Shown: piece by piece, positions 16,839 to 24,816 of the stretch
Position numbering within the stretch: the stretch's first letter is position 1
How the letters are laid out: every line of letters starts with the position of its first letter
Assembly (NCBI GenBank): GCA_030537455.1
Contig: JAUNMR010000014.1
Span: 4,650 to 68,649 of the forward strand
Length of the DNA stretch: 64,000 bases
Source: Planctomycetia bacterium
GTDB lineage: Bacteria > Planctomycetota > Planctomycetia > Pirellulales > Thermoguttaceae
Direction: 5' to 3'
The notes under the pieces: model-generated
The model's database searches: none
Told to the model about the DNA's origin: nothing
The model's input: only the letters and a program-made list of their open reading frames with translations
Translations under genes and position numbers: made by a program

Positions 16839-18533
16839 TCACGTTGAGATTATTTCAAAGACCTCCATTACGCCAAGGTCGTACGTGACCGCATCGGTCA
16901 GATCGTTCTGATATTTTTGCGTCTCATTGATCAGAAAATGAATATAACGTTGTCGTGTGATTTCAACAATTTGAGCGTCATGTTCCTGACAAAAACAGCT
17001 CCAGAGTTGACGCAGTTCGTCGTTGGCGCGAGGCTTCTGACGACAGGCGTTACGCACACAGACGTCAAGGCGACGCAACTGGCGCTCGTATTGGGGATAG
17101 AGCGCGACTAGTTGCGGAAAAGGCGCTAATTCCAGCGACGGCGTTCCTGGCTTTTTGTCACGAGGAGCGACGTTACGATCTTTGTCGTTTGGGTTGGAAT
17201 CGACGCCGCCGTGAAGTATGGCGTCGACTAAACGCCGCACACGCGTTTCGACACGATTGACCAGGCTCAGTGGAGTCGAACATTGAGCGCTCGCACAGAC
17301 GGAACGTTCCCCCGAGACGCGACAGACGTGACGAGAAAACTGTATTTGTGACGTCAGCATATTACATGGCGAGTCGCCGCCATACTGTGTCGCAACACGA
17401 GACGCTTGACGATCTTGCGCCGATAACAGACATTCATTGAACGTTGAATCGTTCGAGTTTTGCAGGTCAATTTGTATCTCGGGCAAAGATTCGCACTCTT
17501 CTTTGAGTAACCGCTCAAGTTTCACGTCGGTGAGAACGCCTCCGATAGTACGAGCAGAGTCGAGCGTAAGAGAGGTAGAGTCTTGACAAAAGGTCATGAG
17601 CGTCTCGCGCCAATTGGGGCATTTCTGCAACGCTTCGATACGTTCGAGATAACCTTGTCCCAGACTCGGTAGGAACAGACGCGACATTTGGACGCAATAG
17701 AGCGCAAGTCGCTCGGGCGTGACTAAAATCTCCTTAACATAGAGACGCCAGGGATCGGTAATACGTTCGGTCGGACAAATTTGGCTCGCAGAACCGATAC
17801 GGTAGGAATGAGCGTATTGCATTCCGATCGCAATGGCGTCTCTACGGGAGTATCGTGTTCGGGTCATACCGATGAGACGCGCGTAGGGGTCGTCGCGAAA
17901 ACGCATACCGACGTTAAAGAAGCAGTTTCGTCGTTCGTGCGGCGGTAAAAAGTTGAAAAGACTTGTAACGACGTGAGACGCGCGACAATCGCTGGAAAAG
18001 AAGGTCTGGTCGTTATTAAGAAGACTATTGAGCAACGAGGTAAAGGGGTAGACGCCACCGTAGACCAGAACGCGCAACAGGGCGTCGAGGTCAAAGAGGG
18101 AGCGACACTCCGGGGCGTCAAACGCGCGCAGACCGTAAGGATTCTCTTGTGGCAAGTAACGACGAAACTTCAATGCGTCTATTGCCGAAAGCACGAGCAT
18201 GATTGGATTGCCGCCACAACGATAAAAAACGTCCTCGTCGAAAACAAGAGCTTGAAAATAAAAGGCGTTGCTATTGTAGGGGCGAACGAAATTAGGCGTG
18301 AGGCGTCCCAAAAGCAGACGCGAACGCTGACTGGTCGTCAGTGGCATAAAGAAGTAATTGCAATGGTCGTAGCAACCATTGAGCAATTCTAGGCGCTGAG
18401 CATAATCCACAATCGCAACTAGTTCTTCCTCGGATAAACCGTTGGTTGAGTCGAGAATGCGAGTCTGGTTTTTCTGGAGTCCAAGCTCGATTGAAATAAC
18501 GACTTGCTCTATCATGGTTGCAGAAGGATTCAT
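16839..18533 (-). CDS. Hypothetical cytoplasmic protein (about 564 aa), no recognisable domain
   Basis: A long uninterrupted ORF and the first gene of the operon. It has no signal peptide and is Cys-rich. The track start at 18539 is a TTG, and the first ATG is at 18533. Confidence 0.65.
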   Translation of the reverse strand: MNPSATMIEQVVISIELGLQKNQTRILDSTNGLSEEELVAIVDYAQRLELLNGCYDHCNYFFMPLTTSQRSRLLLGRLTPNFVRPYNSNAFYFQALVFDEDVFYRCGGNPIMLVLSAIDALKFRRYLPQENPYGLRAFDAPECRSLFDLDALLRVLVYGGVYPFTSLLNSLLNNDQTFFSSDCRASHVVTSLFNFLPPHERRNCFFNVGMRFRDDPYARLIGMTRTRYSRRDAIAIGMQYAHSYRIGSASQICPTERITDPWRLYVKEILVTPERLALYCVQMSRLFLPSLGQGYLERIEALQKCPNWRETLMTFCQDSTSLTLDSARTIGGVLTDVKLERLLKEECESLPEIQIDLQNSNDSTFNECLLSAQDRQASRVATQYGGDSPCNMLTSQIQFSRHVCRVSGERSVCASAQCSTPLSLVNRVETRVRRLVDAILHGGVDSNPNDKDRNVAPRDKKPGTPSLELAPFPQLVALYPQYERQLRRLDVCVRNACRQKPRANDELRQLWSCFCQEHDAQIVEITRQRYIHFLINETQKYQNDLTDAVTYDLGVMEVFEIIST

Positions 18534-19429
18534 AAACAACGCCCGAACCCTAAGGCTCTACCGTCGCGACAGCGTTAGCAGAACCTTTAGGAACGGTCAA
18601 GACAAGGAAACACGCGCGTCAAAAGCGCTTACGAGCCTCTGGAGAGGTCACGCGCTATGAACGCAAGTGTGAAATAAAACGCAAAACGGCAGTCGCAATG
18701 CGATTTACTCTTGCTTATTTTACCCATCTTTGCTATTTTTTCAAACCGGCTCTTTAAAGATTTTTTCAAAATATGCGTCATATTTTAACAAAGGCGTTCA
18801 AAGCGCCGGTTGTTCATGTCAAATGGGTTGTGACGCAGGTAGACTTGATATCTTCCGCATAACCGATTCTGGTGAGAAATGTTTTTTCAGTCAAAGAGTT
18901 TAAACGAATAAAACAGATTAAAGTTGCGCAACTGATACAGACGATAATTGCGCTACAAAGACGTTAAAAGCAAGCGGAAAGCGTGTGTGCAACACGTGAA
19001 ATCCGTGACCAATGCAAATGAAATTGACTTTTATTTCGCATTGTATGCCTGAGACGATTCGTCGTATTAGCACAGAAGCGTTATTTGTGAGGCTCTTGGC
19101 TAGTTTCGCAATTTTTCACTTTTTGTTAATGAAGACGACGGCGAAAATCCGATACAGAAAAGCCGAACGTCCTTTGACAGCGCGTGAAGTCGCGTATCGG
19201 GACGTGATCGTTGTAACAGGCGGTATATAGAGTCGTCGTATACGCGACGACGCGTCGCGATCGAACTTGCTGACGTTGCTACTATATTTTTCGTTAGCCT
19301 TAAACAACGCCGTTGGCACGCGCTTCGTTAAGGAGAATGACGCGCGCGACAACGTAGGCGTCGAGTTCGAGCAAGAAAGTTCGAACTCCCGTTGGACACA
19401 AATGCATATTATATTTCGGAGAGCCTGCA

Positions 19430-20002
19430 ATGAAGGTTTTTACAACTGGTCAGGTCGCAAAGATCTGTAAGGTCGCCCCACGTACCGTTAGCAAATGGTT
19501 CGACACCGGCCGCCTCAAGGGATATCGCATCCCTGGTTCGCAAGATCGACGCATACCTCGCGAGAGCCTCATTAAGTTTCTCAAGGAACACGGCATGCCC
19601 TTGGGAGAACTGGAAGACGAGACTTTAGCCAAGGTCTTGATCGTCGCGCAAGATCAAGTGCTAATCGACAATGTCAAACGTGAGCTGCCGGCCGAACGCG
19701 CCTTCAAAGTTGCGGTCGCGTCCAGTGGGTTCGACGCTGGCATTCAAGCGGAAAGTTTCCATCCGGACTGTATGATCGTCGACTTCTCGATTGGTCGTCA
19801 AGAGGCGTTGCAGATCTGCCAAAATCTGCGTCGTACCCCTGAATTTAGCGATATTATCGTGATCGCTCTTCTGCCCGACGACGGCGCCGGCATTAGCTAC
19901 GATCGCTCGACCGTAAATGAAACGTTCCGTAAGCCGTTCGACTCGGCGCTACTGGCGGAACGCGCCAAAACTTTGGTCAGCAACAAAAAAGAGCTCGTTT
20001 GA
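19430..20002 (+). CDS. DNA-binding protein: N-terminal excisionase/MerR-type HTH fused to a C-terminal receiver-like domain
   Basis: FTTGQVAKICKVAPRTVSKWFDTGRLKGYRIPGSQDRRIPRESLIKFLKEHG is an HTH_17-like motif. Receiver-like elements follow: KVLIVAQD, CMIVDFS, IIVIALL and FRKPF. A GGAGA Shine-Dalgarno lies 7 nt upstream. Confidence 0.7.
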   Translation: MKVFTTGQVAKICKVAPRTVSKWFDTGRLKGYRIPGSQDRRIPRESLIKFLKEHGMPLGELEDETLAKVLIVAQDQVLIDNVKRELPAERAFKVAVASSGFDAGIQAESFHPDCMIVDFSIGRQEALQICQNLRRTPEFSDIIVIALLPDDGAGISYDRSTVNETFRKPFDSALLAERAKTLVSNKKELV

Positions 20003-20390
20003 GTCGACTCGTCCCTTCGGAACACAATGGAGTGTCGTTCCACTACGTCTGCGAACTTGCGATACTGAGACGTTTTGTTTCCGACGAGATCAAGCGAAAA
20101 ATAACACAAGAGTTCATCGTTCGACCCAGCGTTAGTACAACGCCGACCGAATAGTCGACGCGTCGAACGATCGACTCCTTGTGTTTTTTTATACGCGCGT
20201 GGCTCATGGCGTCGACGCGCTAGCGTCGCTGTCAGAGGACACGTCGAAAATGCTTGATTCGTTGCAACCCCTAGAGTGTCGAACGCCAGCGCGCTTGTTT
20301 GACAGCTAAAACCAACTAACTCTGAGAAAACGAACGTTCGCGCCACGTCGTTCTGACGTCGCGGTCTTTTGACGCACGAAAACCAATAAG

Positions 20391-20864
20391 ATGAGAGCTT
20401 GCGTACAACGCGTGTCTAGCGCCAGCGTGGCGCTCGTGGAAGAGAACGGGCGTATTTCCGGTCAGATTGAACGCGGGTTTCTGGTTCTTCTAGGCGTCGG
20501 CGTCGCGGATCAAGAGGCAGACGCGCTCTACTTGGCCAAAAAGATCGCACAACTACGCGTTTTCGACGACCAGGACGGTCGTATGAATCTCAACCTGTCT
20601 CAGGTGGACGGCAAAGTGTTGGTTGTGAGTCAGTTCACGCTCTATGCCGACTGCGTTAAGGGGAATCGTCCCAGTTTCACCGCCGCGGCGCTTCCACAGG
20701 ACGCCAATCGGCTCTATCGTCTCTTTATTACCGAACTGAACCGCTTGGGCATACAGACCGAAGAAGGTGTATTCCAGGCAAACATGGCAGTTCGACTGGT
20801 TAACGACGGTCCGGTCACTATTCTACTCGATTCGATCAACCGTGCGCAAAATCGCAAGCGCTAG
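20391..20864 (+). CDS. dtd: D-aminoacyl-tRNA deacylase
   Basis: 157 aa. The motifs MRACVQRV..., GFLVLLGV, GRMNLNL, VLVVSQFTLYAD...GNRPSF and NDGPVTILLDS align along the full length with my memory of Dtd. Confidence 0.9.
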   Translation: MRACVQRVSSASVALVEENGRISGQIERGFLVLLGVGVADQEADALYLAKKIAQLRVFDDQDGRMNLNLSQVDGKVLVVSQFTLYADCVKGNRPSFTAAALPQDANRLYRLFITELNRLGIQTEEGVFQANMAVRLVNDGPVTILLDSINRAQNRKR

Positions 20865-21008
20865 ACTCGCTGTCTATTATCCTGGCAAGTCTGTGAGAAA
20901 ACTACATGCGCAAGGGGCTAGGCGCTTGGGGAAAAATTTCTTTTTCACGCAACTTGTTCCCAAAAAGAACGTCTAAACGTGCGCCGTAGACTCGGATGTT
21001 TCGCGCTG

Positions 21009-21037
21009 TTGTCACAAATGGTTTCATTTGGTATAAT
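21009..21037 (+). promoter_or_regulatory. Near-consensus sigma70-type promoter (TTGTCA-N17-TATAAT) upstream of the 1154-aa surface protein gene
   Basis: ttgtca caaatggtttcatttgg tataat. It lies about 165 nt upstream of the ATG at 21201, which has an AGGAG Shine-Dalgarno. Confidence 0.4.
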
Positions 21038-21200
21038 AAAGGCGCGCCACGGGTCGTCTTGCCGTGTAAGAACGAATTAAGTAGACGCGAGACGTCGGCG
21101 TGGCGCGGTATGTCGAAACCACGCGCCTTATAAGTTCAAGCGAAAGCGCAGTTGCGCTCTTATTAACGGCGACGCTTAATTGTTACACTAGGAGATTGGC

Positions 21201-24200
21201 ATGGCTTTTTGGAAGCGTTCCGGGCGCTCGGATTCTCACAAACGCCTCGCGAAAGAAAACGCGACGTCCACAAGACGAATCGCTCGATTTGAAAAGCTTG
21301 AGCGCCGCGAGCTACTCGCGCTCTCGACCACAAGCGCCGACTACCGTGCGCTCATCGCCGACACGACCTTCGACTCCTCAGAAGACGACGCTATTTGGGT
21401 CACGACGCTCAACGACGTCTCTAACGCCAACGACGGTAAGATCTCCCTACGCGAAGCGATCGATTACGCCGGTCAATCGATGGACGCCGGGCTGGCGCCG
21501 ACCACGATTCGATTCAAAGTCAGCGGCGTGATCTCGCTTTCCAACGCCAGTCAATCGCTCAAAATTCTTTCCAAGAGCATAACGATCGACGCGTCTGACG
21601 TCAGCGGCGTGACAATCCAAGCGAATCGTTCCGCTGCATTCTACGTCTTTAACAACGCGTCATCCTCCCCCACGACAACCAATCTCGTTGCGCTCACCAT
21701 CAAAGGCGCCACGACATGGACAAGCTCCGCTAATGCCGTTAAAGGCGGCGCTATCCAGCTGAGCGCCAACTGCAATCTTAAGGTCAATAATTGTCAAATC
21801 ACTGGCGTTACGGTTCCAGACGCCCTCGGCGCTGGGATTTATGTCGCCTCTGGCTCCCTTTCTCTCATCGATACGACCATTAGCGACGTCACAGCGCAAA
21901 GCTCCCAGAGTTTAGGCGGCGCGGTCTATCTCGAAAGCGGCTCTGTCACCGCTGTTCGCTCCTCATTTGACGATAACGCTTCCGGCGAAGGGGGCGCTAT
22001 TTACGTCAAAAGCGGCGACGTTGCTCTCGCCGATTGCTCGCTCAATGGTAACGTCGCCTCATATGCAAATGGCGGCGCGGTCTTCTCAAACGGCGTCTTA
22101 ACCGTCTCCAATTCGACCTTCCGCGACAACCTCGCTACCGGCAACGGCGGCGCTATCCATGCCGAAGGGGACTTCGAACTGCAGATTACCGACGGCGCGT
22201 TCTATCGTAACCAAGCGGTCAACGGCGGCGCTATCTACCAAGAGACTCAGTCAATTACCGTAAACGCCTCGAGCTTTAACGACAACGTCGCGACCGGTAG
22301 CGGCGGCGCCGTCTATAACACGCTCAACTCCTATATTAAGGCGATAGACTCAAGCTTCCTTGGAAACGAAGCGACCGTCAACGGCGGCGCTATCTATAAC
22401 GTCGGCTACCTCTATACTACTGGCGACGCCTATGAATCGAATAAAGCGTTAAACGGCGGCGCTATTTACACCACCGGCTATCTCGAAGCGCGCGATCTAA
22501 ACGCGAGTCTCAATATCGCGTCCTATTACGGCGGGACGATTTATAGCAACGCGCGGCAACGCTCTTGGTTGTTGCATAGCTACGTGCAAACCGGTCAAGC
22601 ATACGAAGGAGGCGCGCTCTACAACGCGGGGGAATTCACCGTTGCCGACTCTGCCCTAAAGCAAAACCAAGCGACGACTAGCGGCGGCGCTGTCGTCAAC
22701 CTCGGCGAACTGTATATTGCGCAAACACAAATCACGGAAAACTATGCGCTAGGAGAAAATGGCGCGGGCGCCGCTGCGTTGAACTACGCAAATGCCACGA
22801 TTACCGTCGTTAATTCACAAATTGACGGCAATTGTGTGGAAAACGGCTCCGGAGGCGCGCTCGCCAATAACGGAACCGCGCTCTTCGACAACGTCGCTAT
22901 GGCGAATAATAGCGTTGGCGCCTTCGGCGGCGCCGTCTATAATATTGGCGCCTTTACCGCGCAATATTGCAACTTCTTCCAGAACAACGCCACAGACGGG
23001 GGCGCCTACGCCGATACCTTCGGCAGTTCTACTTTGATTGTGAGTTCGACGCTCTGGGGCAATGCCGCCAGTAACAACGGCGGCGCTTTTTACTCCTACG
23101 GCGCCTCCAGTCTGCGTGGAACAACAATTGCTTACAATACCGCGTCAACGCTCGATTACGCGGCGTACTATTCCCCTATGGAAGCCTACGCGCAACCGAG
23201 CTTTGACTCCACAACGGTTCTGAGTGACAACACCGCGGCAAGTTCCAGCGCCGTCGTTGAAACCAACGACACGCTCGTACTCACCGACGAAAACTACATT
23301 CCAATAGACGACTGCCTCTTCTTCGGCGCTCACGCCGTGGGAAGCGACGCGCTCGTAAAGACCGTGCGACTCACAAACATTGGAACGACAAGCGTTACTC
23401 TCTCGGACTTTAACGTCGGCGGCGTGACCGACGCCAATGGTCTGGAATATTCCCTCTACGACGCCACTGGTAGTTTGATTTCCGACGCCGACGCCATCGT
23501 CGTCCAAGCCGGAGATTCTATCGCGTTACGTATTCAAATTGCACCGAAGAAACTCGGCGCTAAATTGGCGATTTTTAACTGGTCGACCTCACAGCAACGC
23601 GCCGACGGCGTCACTGTCATCGGCGAACGCTCTATCTCCTGTCTCATGGAAACGGCAAAGGCAATCGGCGCCTCTATCAGTCTTTCCTCCGTATCCGATC
23701 GCTCCGGCGTCAATTTCACCGTCAATCAGAACGGATCCTTTAGTATCGCGCTCACCAAAGCGCCTAGCGCTAACCTAATCGTCTATCTCAAGTCAACTGA
23801 TAACGTTGACCTGTCCGACGACGTGCTCCTCTTCACGCCCTCGAACTACAATGTTTCACAAACCGTAACCGTTTCGGTTAATCGCGAAGCGTTGCGCAAC
23901 GGTATGCTAGGATCCACCGCAACGATCACCCCGCAATTCATTATTAGCGACGCGTTAGGTTCCGGAAGCGCTTTTAACGATATCACTCTAACCCTCGGCG
24001 AATACTTCGTTTTTGACAACGACTCCTGTGTCAATCTCAACGACAAAGCCCCGGAAGGAACTGTACGCTGGGATTTGACCGGAAACGGTTACGCTGACGT
24101 TATCACCTATGGTTCTGACTACTGGCTCAACGCTTCGCGTGTTACCGGCGACACAATTACCTCGATGCGCACGAAAAACGGCGTGACGACCAGTACCGTC

Positions 24201-24665
24201 TATGACGTCGTTAAACTCGACCCGTTGCCGTCGGCAGACGCTGAATTAACCGTCTTCGACGCTGTGCCTGGTTTCGCGAGAATCGCGTTAACCTCCGATA
24301 CCGGCGCAATGACAAGTTGGCGAATTAACTGGGGCGACGAATCTCCCTACTCGACCTACGACAAACTTTCCACCGACGCCGTCTTCGCTCATTGCTACCA
24401 GAAGGACGGCGTTTACAACGTCTCCGTTGAACTTATCGACGCCGATGGACAAAGCTCCGGCTGGTCGCCGGTATGCACGCTGACCGTCTCCGGCGTCGAC
24501 GCTTCATCCTCCGCGCTCATCGAATATCTCGCCGAATCCGAGGAAAGCGAAACGCCATTAACCCTTGCGGAACTGGACGATACATTTGAACTTCAGGAAA
24601 CGTCCGAACTCGACGACGCCCTGCAACTTATGCTCGCCGACTTTATGCAAGTTCGTAAAAAGTAA
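21201..24665 (+). CDS. Large surface/secreted protein: parallel beta-helix with GGAIY (polymorphic-membrane-protein-like) repeats plus a C-terminal PKD-like domain
   Basis: 1154 aa. About 15 repeats fit the pattern N.A..(G/N)GGA(I/V)Y. A PKD-like segment reads WRINWGDESP...DGVYNVSVELIDADGQ. The N-terminus is basic and followed by RFEKLERRELLA, with no hydrophobic signal peptide. The C-terminal tail is acidic. Confidence 0.8.
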   Translation: MAFWKRSGRSDSHKRLAKENATSTRRIARFEKLERRELLALSTTSADYRALIADTTFDSSEDDAIWVTTLNDVSNANDGKISLREAIDYAGQSMDAGLAPTTIRFKVSGVISLSNASQSLKILSKSITIDASDVSGVTIQANRSAAFYVFNNASSSPTTTNLVALTIKGATTWTSSANAVKGGAIQLSANCNLKVNNCQITGVTVPDALGAGIYVASGSLSLIDTTISDVTAQSSQSLGGAVYLESGSVTAVRSSFDDNASGEGGAIYVKSGDVALADCSLNGNVASYANGGAVFSNGVLTVSNSTFRDNLATGNGGAIHAEGDFELQITDGAFYRNQAVNGGAIYQETQSITVNASSFNDNVATGSGGAVYNTLNSYIKAIDSSFLGNEATVNGGAIYNVGYLYTTGDAYESNKALNGGAIYTTGYLEARDLNASLNIASYYGGTIYSNARQRSWLLHSYVQTGQAYEGGALYNAGEFTVADSALKQNQATTSGGAVVNLGELYIAQTQITENYALGENGAGAAALNYANATITVVNSQIDGNCVENGSGGALANNGTALFDNVAMANNSVGAFGGAVYNIGAFTAQYCNFFQNNATDGGAYADTFGSSTLIVSSTLWGNAASNNGGAFYSYGASSLRGTTIAYNTASTLDYAAYYSPMEAYAQPSFDSTTVLSDNTAASSSAVVETNDTLVLTDENYIPIDDCLFFGAHAVGSDALVKTVRLTNIGTTSVTLSDFNVGGVTDANGLEYSLYDATGSLISDADAIVVQAGDSIALRIQIAPKKLGAKLAIFNWSTSQQRADGVTVIGERSISCLMETAKAIGASISLSSVSDRSGVNFTVNQNGSFSIALTKAPSANLIVYLKSTDNVDLSDDVLLFTPSNYNVSQTVTVSVNREALRNGMLGSTATITPQFIISDALGSGSAFNDITLTLGEYFVFDNDSCVNLNDKAPEGTVRWDLTGNGYADVITYGSDYWLNASRVTGDTITSMRTKNGVTTSTVYDVVKLDPLPSADAELTVFDAVPGFARIALTSDTGAMTSWRINWGDESPYSTYDKLSTDAVFAHCYQKDGVYNVSVELIDADGQSSGWSPVCTLTVSGVDASSSALIEYLAESEESETPLTLAELDDTFELQETSELDDALQLMLADFMQVRKK

Positions 24666-24723
24666 AATCTAACCGCCAAGATTAACCATATCAGCGTCGG
24701 TTCACACGTCGTTTAAAGACGAC

Positions 24724-24763
24724 AAAACGGCGTCGCTACCCTCAAGATAGCGACGCCGTTTTT
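24724..24763. terminator. Bidirectional intrinsic terminator at a convergent junction
   Basis: aaaacggcgtcgct accctcaagat agcgacgccgtttt forms a 14-bp stem. It lies between the + gene ending at 24665 and the - gene ending at 24817. Confidence 0.65.
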
Positions 24764-24816
24764 ATTCTAGGATAATTCACGACGCGACAAAGTCGCAACG
24801 AACGAACGATTTACAT

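Noticed and set aside
19012-19430. A 72-aa plus-strand ORF (19012-19230) and a 104-aa minus-strand ORF (19116-19430) in the AT-rich intergenic region.
   Set aside because: They have no ribosome-binding sites, they overlap each other, and their composition is typical of AT-rich non-coding DNA. I cannot support them as genes.
19897-20346. A 149-aa minus-strand ORF between the HTH-receiver gene and dtd.
   Set aside because: It overlaps the 3' end of the HTH-receiver gene, has no recognisable motif or Shine-Dalgarno, and is Arg/Ser-rich. It is probably spurious. A weak hairpin plus T7 run at 20153-20190 may instead be the terminator of the HTH-receiver gene.
21100-21531. A 143-aa plus-strand ORF overlapping the start of the 1154-aa gene in another frame.
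   Set aside because: Its product is Arg/Ser/Thr/Pro-rich with no features. The 21201 frame has an AGGAG Shine-Dalgarno and continues for 3.4 kb with clear repeats.
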